64,000 bases of DNA from Gammaproteobacteria bacterium UBA7803 (lineage in GTDB: Bacteria; Pseudomonadota; Gammaproteobacteria; Pseudomonadales; Azotimanducaceae): NCBI GenBank assembly GCA_002480525.1, contig DLCH01000030.1:6850-70849 (forward strand). Direction: 5' to 3'. Each line of letters opens with the position of its first letter. Within the stretch, counting starts at the first letter, position 1. The notes beneath the pieces are model-generated. The model had not been told where the DNA came from, ran no database searches, and worked only from the letters and a program-made list of their open reading frames with translations. Shown one piece after another: positions 35,962 through 46,617 of this stretch. The translations under genes were made by a program, and so were the position numbers.

Positions 35962-37773
35962 TCACAGCGGAAACAGCAACGGCACCAGGCCCAGGATCAC
36001 CGCCAGCGTGATGACGCCCAGCCCGGCCCCGAAGCGCACGTAGTCGCCGGCCGAGTAGCCGCCCGGCTGCTGCACGAGAAACGGCGCGGGATGGCCGTAG
36101 GGCATGAAGAACGCCGCCGAGCAGGCGACGATTACCGCCACGCAGAAGGCCCGCGGGCTGGCGTCCATCATGCCCGCGGCATTGATCGCGATGGGCGTCA
36201 TGATGATGGCGACCGCGGCGTTGTGGATGGGCTGGGTCAGGATCATGCACAGCCCCGCCACACCGGCCATCACCGCCAGCGGACCGAAACCGCCGAGCAC
36301 GTCGATCAGCGTGGTGCCGATCAGGTCCGCGGCGCCGGTGTTGTCGAGGGCGATGCCGAGGGGGTACATCCCGGCGATCAGCACCAGTGTGCGGCCGTCG
36401 ATGGCCTGATACAGGCGCCCGAGCCGGACGATTCCGGTCAGGACCATGGCGAGCGCACCGAGCAGCGCGGTGGCCGCGATGGGCAGCCAGCCGGCGGCCG
36501 CACCGACGATGACGGCGCCGAGAATGGCCGCCGCGACCGGCGCGCGTCGCTTCATGGCACGGGACACCTCCGGCTCGCCGGGCTTGAAGTAGATCAGCAG
36601 CTCCTTCTCCGGATCGAACTCCCGCATGCGCTCCCGCGGACCGTACAGCAGCAGGCTGTCGCCCGCCTGCAGCACCACGTCCTGCACGTCGGTGCGGTGG
36701 GGCGCGTGCCCCCGGTAGTAGGCGATCGCGGTCATGCCGAACTGCGCGGGAAGGTCCAGCTCCCGGACCCGCCGGCCGACCGCCGCCGACCGCGGCGGCA
36801 CCACGCATTCGGCCAGCTCGGCCGTGCTGATCGGATAGCGCTGCTGGGCCTGGGGCGGGCCGATGAAGGTCAGCGCCTCATGGGACTCGGCGACCCGGGC
36901 GACCACCGGCTCCCGGCCCTGAATCAGCAGCATGTCGCTCTCCCACAGCCGCAGATCGTGGGCCGGCAGCAGGAGCTGCTCGCTCTCCCGCACCACCGCC
37001 AGCAGCGTCAGGCCGTGGGCGCCGAGGTCGAGATCCCGGATGCGCAGCTCGTGCGTCTCGAGGTCGTCGGAAACCCAGACTTCGAACACCCGGTCTTCCA
37101 GGTGGTAGACGTCGATCAGGTTCGTCGTCACCGGCACCTCGGCCGGGTCGGGCGCGACGCGCTCTCCCGGCAGCAGCCGCTGGCCGATGGTGGCGATGTA
37201 GGCCAGCGCGGCCAGCAGCAGCGTGAGACCCACCGCAGAGAACTCGAAGAAGCCGAAACCCCGGCCCGTCTCCTGGGCGAGCAGGCTGTCCACCACCAGG
37301 TTGTGGGATGCCCCGATGAGCGTGAGATTCGCGCCGATGAGCGCCGTACAGGCCATGGGCAGCAGGATCTTCGACTGGGGCACGCGAAGCTGCTTGCACA
37401 GCCGCAGAATCACCGGCACGAAGAACGACGCCGCCGCCACGATGTTGACGAATCCCGACAGCACGCCGGGAATGGCGGTATTGAGCAGCAGCAGCCGCCG
37501 GTAGCGCTCGTGGATCACCTTCTCGAGGCTGCGGGCCACCGACTTCACGACGCCGGTACGCTCCAGCCCGTCGCCGACGACCATCAGCCCGGCGATGGTC
37601 ACCACCGCGAAGCTGCTGAAGCCGGAGAATGCCTCAGTCGGCGACACGACGCCGGCGACCACCAGGGCGGCCAGCACCGACAGTGCGATCAGATCGGGCG
37701 GCAGGGCCCCGGTGACGAACAGCACGAAGGCGATCACCAGCACGGCGAGCACGATGGCTATGGCGAGGGTCAT
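35962..37773 (-). CDS. SLC13/DASS-family anion transporter with two central TrkA-C (RCK_C) domains
   Basis: 603 aa. TM blocks at both ends with two TrkA-C-like soluble repeats in the middle (EVWVSDD...LLIQG and ECVVPPRS...LLLYG). Confidence 0.85.
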   Translation of the reverse strand: MTLAIAIVLAVLVIAFVLFVTGALPPDLIALSVLAALVVAGVVSPTEAFSGFSSFAVVTIAGLMVVGDGLERTGVVKSVARSLEKVIHERYRRLLLLNTAIPGVLSGFVNIVAAASFFVPVILRLCKQLRVPQSKILLPMACTALIGANLTLIGASHNLVVDSLLAQETGRGFGFFEFSAVGLTLLLAALAYIATIGQRLLPGERVAPDPAEVPVTTNLIDVYHLEDRVFEVWVSDDLETHELRIRDLDLGAHGLTLLAVVRESEQLLLPAHDLRLWESDMLLIQGREPVVARVAESHEALTFIGPPQAQQRYPISTAELAECVVPPRSAAVGRRVRELDLPAQFGMTAIAYYRGHAPHRTDVQDVVLQAGDSLLLYGPRERMREFDPEKELLIYFKPGEPEVSRAMKRRAPVAAAILGAVIVGAAAGWLPIAATALLGALAMVLTGIVRLGRLYQAIDGRTLVLIAGMYPLGIALDNTGAADLIGTTLIDVLGGFGPLAVMAGVAGLCMILTQPIHNAAVAIIMTPIAINAAGMMDASPRAFCVAVIVACSAAFFMPYGHPAPFLVQQPGGYSAGDYVRFGAGLGVITLAVILGLVPLLFPL

Positions 37774-37979
37774 GACGATCCGCGGTCCAGCATCTGGCCG
37801 CGGGCCATGCAATTATCGTGCAGAGTGACGGCCCTGGCCGCCGGGACTCCCCCAGACTCGACCGGCAGGTTGCCGGCCCCGGACCTGCGGCCAACCGGGG
37901 CCTCACGACCCTGTCCTCATCCGCCTTCGTGCTAGCATTCCGCGCAGACTCACAGCCTTCCACTCGAGTGCTTCGCGCC

Positions 37980-39380
37980 ATGGACCCGTTACTGAAAGAG
38001 TACGTAGATCCGGCTTCTGCCGCCCGCCTCGCCCAGGCGGCGTCGGATATCGCGCTCGTGCTGGATGGCAACGGCGTGGTACTCGACGTCGTCATGCATG
38101 ACGCCGACCTGGCAGCTGCGATGGGAAACAGCTGGCGCGGCCGCCGCTGGATCGAGACCGTCACGCCCGACACCCGGAATCAGATCGAGTCTCTGCTGCG
38201 GGATGCCCGGGATTCGGAGCAGCCGGCCTGGCGACAGATCCATCACCGGACGCGCGACGGCGAGACGGACCGTCCGGTCGAGTACTTCGCAATGAAGTTG
38301 GAGGGCAGCGACCGCTATCTGGCGCTGGGCCGGGATCTTCAGCCCGTCGCCGAGCTGCAGCAGCGCCTCATCGACGCCGAGCAGCGCAGCGAGCGGGACT
38401 ACCAGCATCTGCGTGAGGCGGAGGCACGCTTTCGAAGCCTGTTCCAGGCGACCTCCGACCTGGTGATGGTGCTCGAGGCGGACTCCCTGCGCATCACCGA
38501 CGCGAATCCCGCTGCGGAAGCGGCGCTGGGCTGGGAGAACGGGTCCGGAAATCGGCTACTGCTGTCGCACGTCGCCCCAGACCGGGAAGAATCGGTCCGG
38601 TCGGCACTGGCGCAGGCCCGGTCGAGCGGCCACGCCGAGACCTGGGACGTCCGCCTGCTGAACTCCGACCGCGGCTGGCACCTTTCGGCGTCCGCCCTTC
38701 GACGGGGCAATGCGGCCGTGTTCATCCTGCGCATGGCGCCCGGCCAGCGCGACAATGCCCGGACAGCGGATGCCCGGTCCCGGCGGGTTCTGCAATTGGT
38801 GGAAGAAGCCCCGGACGCCATCGTCATGACCAGCGGCGCCGGCAGGATACTCTTCGCGAACCAGGCGTTCGCCGGGCTGGCCGAACTCGCCAGCGTCTCC
38901 CGCGCGTCCGGGTCTCACCTCTCGGAGTGGATCGGCCGGTCCTCCGTGGACGTGAAGGTGCTCCTCGTCAATCTCCGAAATCACGGCCGGATTCACCGGT
39001 TCTCCACCACCTTCAACAGTACTCACCAGGTCGCCACGGAGGTGACTTTGTCCGCCGTCACCCTCGAGGATGGTGAGGACGTCTGCTTCGGGTTCGTGAT
39101 CCGCAGCACGGCACAGCGCATCGCCGGCGTCGCCAGCCCGGCGACGTCGGGCGGCCGCTCCATGGAGCAGATCACCGAGCTGGTGGGCAGCGTGCCCTTG
39201 AAGGCGCTGGTCAGAGAGTCCGCGGATTTGATCGAACGCCTCGGCATCGAGACGGCACTCAGGCTCACCGGCGACAACCGGGCGGCAGCGGCAGAGATGC
39301 TCGGGCTCAGCCGCCAGAGCCTCTACGTGAAGCTCCGGCGCTATGGCCTCGGCGCCAAGCACGCCGAGTCGCAACGCTGA
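37980..39380 (+). CDS. PAS-PAS-PAS / Fis-type HTH transcriptional regulator, PpsR/CrtJ-like
   Basis: 466 aa. Repeated PAS-like segments and a C-terminal TGDNRAAAAEMLGLSRQSLYVKLRRYGL Fis-type HTH. Size and layout match PpsR as I recall it. Confidence 0.7.
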   Translation: MDPLLKEYVDPASAARLAQAASDIALVLDGNGVVLDVVMHDADLAAAMGNSWRGRRWIETVTPDTRNQIESLLRDARDSEQPAWRQIHHRTRDGETDRPVEYFAMKLEGSDRYLALGRDLQPVAELQQRLIDAEQRSERDYQHLREAEARFRSLFQATSDLVMVLEADSLRITDANPAAEAALGWENGSGNRLLLSHVAPDREESVRSALAQARSSGHAETWDVRLLNSDRGWHLSASALRRGNAAVFILRMAPGQRDNARTADARSRRVLQLVEEAPDAIVMTSGAGRILFANQAFAGLAELASVSRASGSHLSEWIGRSSVDVKVLLVNLRNHGRIHRFSTTFNSTHQVATEVTLSAVTLEDGEDVCFGFVIRSTAQRIAGVASPATSGGRSMEQITELVGSVPLKALVRESADLIERLGIETALRLTGDNRAAAAEMLGLSRQSLYVKLRRYGLGAKHAESQR

Positions 39381-39474
39381 GTACGACCACCCCGCCCGGC
39401 GGAAACCATCGCGGACCGGACCCTCCACGTCTCCGCCCCATCTATCCTGGCGAATGCCAGCCGCCCTGCCGTTA

Positions 39475-39503
39475 TTGACAGCGTCAGCGACGCTGGTTAA
39501 AAC
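39475..39503 (+). promoter_or_regulatory. Sigma70-type promoter with palindromic operator in the spacer, upstream of the large TonB receptor
   Basis: TTGACA (39475-39480), 17-nt spacer, TAAAAC (39498-39503). The spacer contains the perfect inverted repeat CAGCGTC-AGC-GACGCTG (39479-39495). Confidence 0.45.
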
Positions 39504-39594
39504 GCCCAAGAGGGGAGTGGTTCAAAACGAACCAGAGGAGCGCAGGGGGCCAAATCCCCCACCCCGCAGTCGCGTTCCGCGGAGGGGAAACAAG

Positions 39595-42513
39595 ATGTAC
39601 ACAGCCGTCTTACGGCGCGCGTGGCCTGTCGTGGCCGCGGCGTCGCTCTTGCCTTTGTATCCGACACCGGCCGACGCCCAGGAAGCCCAGGGCAGGCGCA
39701 TCGAGGAAGTCATCGTCACCGCCGAGCGGCGCGAGGCGAGCATCCAGGACACGTCGATCTCGATCACGGCGTTCACCGCCGAGTTCCTGGACGACTTCGG
39801 CATCCGCAACCAGGAGGACCTGCAGAACTACGTGCCCGCCACCACCATCCAGCCCTACGACGCCACGGTGCGCGGCGTGGGCCGGAACTTCCGGGCGCTC
39901 GGCGGCGACCCGGGGGTGTCCACCTACATGAACGGGATCTACTCCGAAGACCTGCTGACCGCCACCGCGGCCACGTTCTTCGACGTCGAGCGGATCGAGG
40001 TGCTGCGGGGTCCTCAGGGCACGCTCTACGGCCGCAACGCCGTGGGCGGCGCCATCAACATCCTCTACAAGGAGCCGACCTACACCCGTGAGGGCATGGT
40101 CAAGGCCATCGTCGGCAACTTCGGCGCCGAGGAGTACTACATGGCGTTCTCGGGCCCGCTGGTCGAGGACAAGCTCGCCGGGCGGGTGACGTACGCCCAC
40201 CGCGAGCGCGACGGCGTCGTCGACAACATCGGCCTCGGCGACGACATCGACGGGCTCGGCACCGACAACCTGGCGCTGCAGCTCAAGTGGAACATCACCG
40301 ACAACCTGGAGATGAACATCCGCCAGAACTGGATGGACATCGACCGCTCCTTCGGCGGCGCCAACGACGCGGGCCTGGTCATACTCAACGAGAGCGCGCA
40401 GCCGACCCGGGTGACCGGTTTGAGCGGCGTTCCCGGTGACGGCCTCGTACCGGGCTGGCGCTTCGTCGATACGGGCAACACCGACCCGACGAACCAGTTC
40501 GACAACGACTTCTACATCGCCGGTGCCGACGAGCGTCTGTTCACCGATCCGGTCACGGGCGCCCAGCGCCTCGCGCAGCGGATTCGTCCGGGTATCGACT
40601 ACGGCGACTTCGACGGCTTCCAGAATGCCGCGGTATCGCTGGACGGCTGGGACGTGACCAATCCCGAGACGGCTGCCCGGTACAACGCCTGCGTGTTTCC
40701 CGGGGACATCGACGGCGACGACGTCTGCGCCGCCACCAATGGCCTGAACAACGAAGAGTTCGAGCAGATGGGCACCCAGTTCAATCTGAGCTGGGACGTC
40801 AGCGACCGGCTGACGCTCAAGTACCTGTTCGGCTTCAACACGCTGTCCTACGAGCGGATCACCGACGACGACAACACCGGCAGCCTGATTCACGACCGCC
40901 AGTTCTACGTGAATCACGAGGCGGACTACCGCTCCCACGAGCTGCAGGCGTTCTTCGACGTCGGCGAGAACTGGACCTTCACGTCCGGCATCTTCTTCTA
41001 CAACGCCGAAATCGATCAGCGCGGCGATTACTTCTCCTCCGTTGGCGAGGCCAAGTACCGGGAAGCGTACGTGGACAACACCGGCCTGGCCGGCGCCATC
41101 TTCCCCGGACCGATGGTGCATCTGTTCAGCGCCAAGCGGACCTGCACCCAGTCGGACGATCCGGCCGCTTCCTGCGAGCGCAACTACGCGGTGGAATTCA
41201 CCAACGAGGAGCTCGAGGCCGCGGGTCTGGGACGCAACGACAACCTGATCATCTCCCAGTGGCTCGGCGATGACGGCACCGACCGCAATCTCGACGTGCG
41301 CAACGGTCCACGCACCGAAGCGACGGACCTGCTCTACACCACCGAGACCAAGCGGGACGCTTTCGCCGCCTACACCCAGTCGGTGTGGGACATCAATGAG
41401 AAGTTCAGCCTGACGCTGGGGCTGCGCTACGCGGAAGACAAGGTGGTCGCCGAGGAAAACCTGTTCCGCTACTCGGAGCTGCTCGGCGAGCCCGGCGACG
41501 TGCTCGACGCCCTGCTCGGCCCGGGCAGCCTGGTGACCTACAACATCGCCAACGGCGGCCTGGTGGACTCCAACGGCGACGGCTACTACGAGCCGACGCC
41601 GCTCGCCGTCAACGGCGGCATCCCCGTGGCACTGTCGGTCTACCGCCCGTTCGAGCGCACCGACAAAGAGTGGGACTGGCGCATCAATCTCGACCACGAC
41701 ATCACCGACAACGTGATGCTCTACTACTCCGCCACCAAGGGGCACCGCTCCGGCGGCTACAACCTGGTGTTCTTCAGCGCCACGCCGACCTACGAGCCGG
41801 AAGAGCTGGTCTCTTACGAGCTCGGCTACAAGACCGACTGGATGGACGGCACGCTGCAGGTGAACGGCTCGTTCTATTACTACGACTACGAGAGCATCCA
41901 CACCGTGGTCCAGGAGGTCACCAGCCTGGGCGGCACCAGCAACTCCGTGCTGGAAGCGCCCGGCGCCGAAGTGATGGGCGCCGAAGCCGAGTTCACCTGG
42001 CTCGCCACGGACAGCCTCACCCTGGGCGGCAACTTCAGCTACACGCCGAGCGAGTACACCAAATCGCTGCTGGCGGCCGATCTGGCCGGCGAAGAGCGGC
42101 CCAACTCGTTGTTCCCGGACCAGGTCGACCTCGTCCAGGACATCAAGGGCAACCAGCTCATTCAGGTGCCGGAATGGAAAGGCACCTTCTGGGGCAGCTA
42201 TCGCTTCAACATGCCGGGCGGGTCCACTCTGGATGCCCTGGCGAGCTGGGCGTACACGGACAAGGTCTACTACTCGCCCTTCGAATCCGATGCCGAGAGC
42301 GCGTCCTCGTACGACCGCACCGACCTCCGCGCGACCTGGACCAGCGCGGACAGCCGCATCGTCGTCAGCGCGTTCGTCAACAACGTGTTCAACGACATCG
42401 GCAAGCTGCAGGTCCTGCGCGAAGGCGAGAGCGAGTTCTTCCGTCGCTCGGCCGGCACCACCGTGCCGCGCCACTACGGCCTGGAGCTCAGCTACACCAT
42501 GGGCACCTACTGA
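39595..42513 (+). CDS. Large (972-aa) TonB-dependent receptor
   Basis: Signal peptide ...PTPADAQEA. TonB box/plug EEVIVTAERREASIQDTSISITAF, RIEVLRGPQGTLYGRNAVGGAIN, a long barrel and a terminal aromatic ...SYTMGTY. Confidence 0.9.
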   Translation: MYTAVLRRAWPVVAAASLLPLYPTPADAQEAQGRRIEEVIVTAERREASIQDTSISITAFTAEFLDDFGIRNQEDLQNYVPATTIQPYDATVRGVGRNFRALGGDPGVSTYMNGIYSEDLLTATAATFFDVERIEVLRGPQGTLYGRNAVGGAINILYKEPTYTREGMVKAIVGNFGAEEYYMAFSGPLVEDKLAGRVTYAHRERDGVVDNIGLGDDIDGLGTDNLALQLKWNITDNLEMNIRQNWMDIDRSFGGANDAGLVILNESAQPTRVTGLSGVPGDGLVPGWRFVDTGNTDPTNQFDNDFYIAGADERLFTDPVTGAQRLAQRIRPGIDYGDFDGFQNAAVSLDGWDVTNPETAARYNACVFPGDIDGDDVCAATNGLNNEEFEQMGTQFNLSWDVSDRLTLKYLFGFNTLSYERITDDDNTGSLIHDRQFYVNHEADYRSHELQAFFDVGENWTFTSGIFFYNAEIDQRGDYFSSVGEAKYREAYVDNTGLAGAIFPGPMVHLFSAKRTCTQSDDPAASCERNYAVEFTNEELEAAGLGRNDNLIISQWLGDDGTDRNLDVRNGPRTEATDLLYTTETKRDAFAAYTQSVWDINEKFSLTLGLRYAEDKVVAEENLFRYSELLGEPGDVLDALLGPGSLVTYNIANGGLVDSNGDGYYEPTPLAVNGGIPVALSVYRPFERTDKEWDWRINLDHDITDNVMLYYSATKGHRSGGYNLVFFSATPTYEPEELVSYELGYKTDWMDGTLQVNGSFYYYDYESIHTVVQEVTSLGGTSNSVLEAPGAEVMGAEAEFTWLATDSLTLGGNFSYTPSEYTKSLLAADLAGEERPNSLFPDQVDLVQDIKGNQLIQVPEWKGTFWGSYRFNMPGGSTLDALASWAYTDKVYYSPFESDAESASSYDRTDLRATWTSADSRIVVSAFVNNVFNDIGKLQVLREGESEFFRRSAGTTVPRHYGLELSYTMGTY

Positions 42514-42538
42514 TCCGGGCACCGTTCCGGAAACCGAC

Positions 42539-42569
42539 GAGGGGCGCTGCGGCGCCCCTCTTTCTTTCC
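42539..42569 (+). terminator. Rho-independent terminator
   Basis: GAGGGGCGC-TGCG-GCGCCCCTC has a 9-bp GC stem, followed by TTTCTTTCC, 25 nt after the receptor stop. Confidence 0.8.
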
Positions 42570-42590
42570 GGGCTGGGGTAAACTGGCGCC

Positions 42591-43364
<774 letters not shown>

Positions 43365-43374
43365 CGGCGGCGGG

Positions 43375-43401
43375 GCCGCGGGACCGCGTCAGTCCCGCGG
43401 C
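43375..43401. terminator. 10-bp GC hairpin at convergent gene ends (possible bidirectional terminator)
   Basis: GCCGCGGGAC-CGCGTCA-GTCCCGCGGC. The loop contains the stop codon of the minus-strand amidohydrolase. No U-tract. Confidence 0.35.
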
Positions 43402-44810
43402 AGCCAGCGGCCGGCGGCCATCACGCCGGCGATGCGCCGGGTGTTGGCGATGTCCTCGAGCGGATCCGCCTCCAGCAGCACCAGATCCGCCAGCTTGCCC
43501 TCGGACACGGTCCCCAGCTCGTCCTCCATGGCGAAGAACGACGCCGGCATCACCGTCGCCGCGTGCAGCGCCTCCCGCGGCGTGAGACCGCTGCGCACCA
43601 GCAGCTCGAGCTCCGTGTGCAGGCTGTAGCCCGGCACCGCGAGGCCGATGGGCGTATCCGTGCCCGCGCCGATGGGCACGCCGTGCTCGTGCATCAGGCC
43701 CACCAGGAACAGGCTCCAGTCCGCGAACGTCGGGTCGGTCTCGCCGTCTCGAATGGCGGCCGCCTCCTCGCGCCAGCGACCGGCCACGGGCTCCGGCAAC
43801 CCGGCGAGCGCCTCGTCCCAGTCGTCGCGGTCGAAGGGACGGGTGCTGGCCAGGGTGTTGAGCCGCAGGGTCGGCACCTGAACGGTGTCGCCGAGCGCCG
43901 CCAGCACGGTCGCGCAGCGCGACTCGTCGTAGGCCTCGATGGCCGGCACCCGCTGGTCCGCGTGCAGCGAGCGGCGCAGATCGTAGCCGCGTCCTTCTTC
44001 GAAGGCCGTGATGCGCTGCTGTCGGGCGGCCAGCAGCTCCGCCCAGCTGCCGGCGCAGGCGAGTTCGACGTTGCGCAGGTGCTCCATGGAATCCACCCGG
44101 GGGCCGGCCTCGTCGGCGGTCATCATCAGCGGCACGTGGGCGGCGATGGGCAGATTCCGGGCGCGGGCCTCGTCGGCCAGCGCCTGGAACACGTTGGGCA
44201 TGACCAGCTCGTAGATCTTGATGAAGTCGGCGCCTGCCTCGTCCAGGGCGGCGACCCGGGCCGCCGCCGACGCCGGCGTCGCCACGTCCGTGCCCAGCGG
44301 CGGGCGGCCGGGGTCGGCGCCGTCGTAGACCACGAAACGGCCGTCCAGCAGCGGGCCGGACACGAAGATCCGCGGCGCCGGTTCCGCACCGTCCTGCAGC
44401 CGGGCGCGCAGGGCCGCCAGGCGCGCCATGTCGCCGCCCGTGTCGCGCACGCTGGTGATGCCGTACTCGAGGAACAACCCCGCCATGTGCTCGGTCAGGG
44501 CCTCGTCGTAGAGAAAGTGCACGTGCATGTCCCACAGCCCGGGCACGAGAAAGCGGCCCCGGCCGTCGACGACCTGCGCCGGCGGCGCCTCGTCCGCCCC
44601 GGCCGCCGAGGCCATCGGCGCCACCGAGACGATCCGGTCGTCGACCACCAGCACCCGCTGGTCGGGTCGGGCGCCGTGCGCCGCGTCCACCACCGTGACG
44701 TTCTCGAAGGCGATGCCCCGGGGCTCCGGCACCGAGCAGGCCGCCGCGCCGAGCAGCGCCAGGGCCGCCACCATCAGGGCGCGGGCCGCCGGACCGTTCG
44801 AGTCTCTCAT
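43389..44810 (-). CDS. Amidohydrolase-family lipoprotein (imidazolonepropionase/prolidase-like metal hydrolase)
   Basis: Lipobox LLGAAAC, GLWDMHVH metal motif, and later AHV and GTD motifs. 473 aa from MRDSNGPAAR. Confidence 0.8.
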   Translation of the reverse strand: MRDSNGPAARALMVAALALLGAAACSVPEPRGIAFENVTVVDAAHGARPDQRVLVVDDRIVSVAPMASAAGADEAPPAQVVDGRGRFLVPGLWDMHVHFLYDEALTEHMAGLFLEYGITSVRDTGGDMARLAALRARLQDGAEPAPRIFVSGPLLDGRFVVYDGADPGRPPLGTDVATPASAAARVAALDEAGADFIKIYELVMPNVFQALADEARARNLPIAAHVPLMMTADEAGPRVDSMEHLRNVELACAGSWAELLAARQQRITAFEEGRGYDLRRSLHADQRVPAIEAYDESRCATVLAALGDTVQVPTLRLNTLASTRPFDRDDWDEALAGLPEPVAGRWREEAAAIRDGETDPTFADWSLFLVGLMHEHGVPIGAGTDTPIGLAVPGYSLHTELELLVRSGLTPREALHAATVMPASFFAMEDELGTVSEGKLADLVLLEADPLEDIANTRRIAGVMAAGRWLPRD

Positions 44811-44827
44811 GTGTCCCCCTGCGGGCG

Positions 44828-45286
<459 letters not shown>

Positions 45287-45297
45287 GGGTGCCGCTC

Positions 45298-46437
45298 CTA
45301 ACGCTTCTGCGGAGTGATCAGGTACTTGGTGCCGGTGGCCTGGCGGCCGTACTCGCCGATGGCCGCGAGCGACAGCGCCTCGGTCAGGGAGATTTCCTTC
45401 GTATAGCTGCTGGCGAAGGTCGTCTTGATCTCCGCCGCCACGCGCTCGCGCAGCCGCTGGGCGGCGTCCTGGCCGATGCGCGCCAGGAACGGGGGCAGCA
45501 GCCAGCCGCCGACGCCCCAGGCCATGCCGAAGTTGCGGTTCAGGATAGTCGGCCCGCGATCCAGCCCGCCGTAGATGTAGACCTGCTTGTGCACGGTGGA
45601 GCCGTAGCGGCTGTACTCGGTGGCGGAACGGACGGCCGCTGCTTCCATGGCGGCGAGGATCTGCCCGGCGAGCTTGCCGCCGCCGATGGCGTCGAAGCCG
45701 AGGGTCGCTCCGGTGGCCTCCAGGGCGTCGGTCAGGTCGGCGGTGAAGCTGTCCGCGGAGGAGTCCACCACGTGCTTCGCCCCCTGCGACTCGAGCAGTT
45801 CCCGCTGCTCCGCTCTGCGGACGATGTTCACCAGACCGATCCCGTCCGCCAGGCAGAGCTTGTTGAGCATCTGTCCCAGATTGGAGGCGGCCGCGGTATG
45901 CACCAGCGCCGTGTGATTCTCGAGCTTCATGGTCTCGACCATGCCGAGCGCGGTCAGCGGATTGACGAAGCAGGACGCGCCGTCCCGGGGTGTCGTGCCC
46001 TCCGGCAGCACCAGGCACTGAGCCGCCTTGATGCAGCGGTACTCCGCATACATCGCCCCGCCGAGGATGGCGACGGTCCTGCCCATCAGCGCCTGGGCGG
46101 CGGCATCGTCACCGGCGGCGACGACCACCCCGGCACCCTCGTTGCCCACCGGCAGGGCCTGATCGAGACGTCCGGCCATGGCGGGCATCACCGCATCGGG
46201 AATCGAGGCCGTGACCACGGGCGCCTGGGCGTCACCGCCGGCCTCTGCCGTGGTCATGTCGGCGCCGCCGAACAGCAGGCCGAGATCGGACGGGTTGATC
46301 GGTGTCGCCTCGACGCGAACCAGCACCTCGTCGGCGCCCGGGCTGGGCACCGGCACGGTCTCCAGGGACAGTTTCAGCGTCCCGTCGGCGCGCACCGTGG
46401 ATTGAATCTGCTGCATGGTGTCCGGAATCGACGGCAT
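45298..46437 (-). CDS. MDR-superfamily (zinc-type alcohol dehydrogenase/quinone oxidoreductase-like) oxidoreductase
   Basis: GGGGGAG SD. EVLVRVEATPINPSD and the nucleotide-binding region HTAAASNLGQM. 379 aa. Confidence 0.8.
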   Translation of the reverse strand: MPSIPDTMQQIQSTVRADGTLKLSLETVPVPSPGADEVLVRVEATPINPSDLGLLFGGADMTTAEAGGDAQAPVVTASIPDAVMPAMAGRLDQALPVGNEGAGVVVAAGDDAAAQALMGRTVAILGGAMYAEYRCIKAAQCLVLPEGTTPRDGASCFVNPLTALGMVETMKLENHTALVHTAAASNLGQMLNKLCLADGIGLVNIVRRAEQRELLESQGAKHVVDSSADSFTADLTDALEATGATLGFDAIGGGKLAGQILAAMEAAAVRSATEYSRYGSTVHKQVYIYGGLDRGPTILNRNFGMAWGVGGWLLPPFLARIGQDAAQRLRERVAAEIKTTFASSYTKEISLTEALSLAAIGEYGRQATGTKYLITPQKR

Positions 46438-46617
46438 GAGAGCTCCCCCGCACTGAAGCGGCCCGACGGCGGGCCGGCATGAATGGAACGGCCAATCTAC
46501 AGATTCCACACGGGAAGTCCACGCCGCATCCGGCCGGCGCCCCGGCCAACGGTGGATTACCCGGAAGAGAGGGTGGCGTAGACTGCCGGGCTACGACTGC
46601 CCGGGAGGAAGACGACG

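Noticed and set aside
37980-39380. Inferring that the organism is phototrophic from the PpsR-like regulator
   Set aside because: No bch, puf or crt genes or TGT-N12-ACA operators occur in the window, so the regulator alone cannot support that inference.
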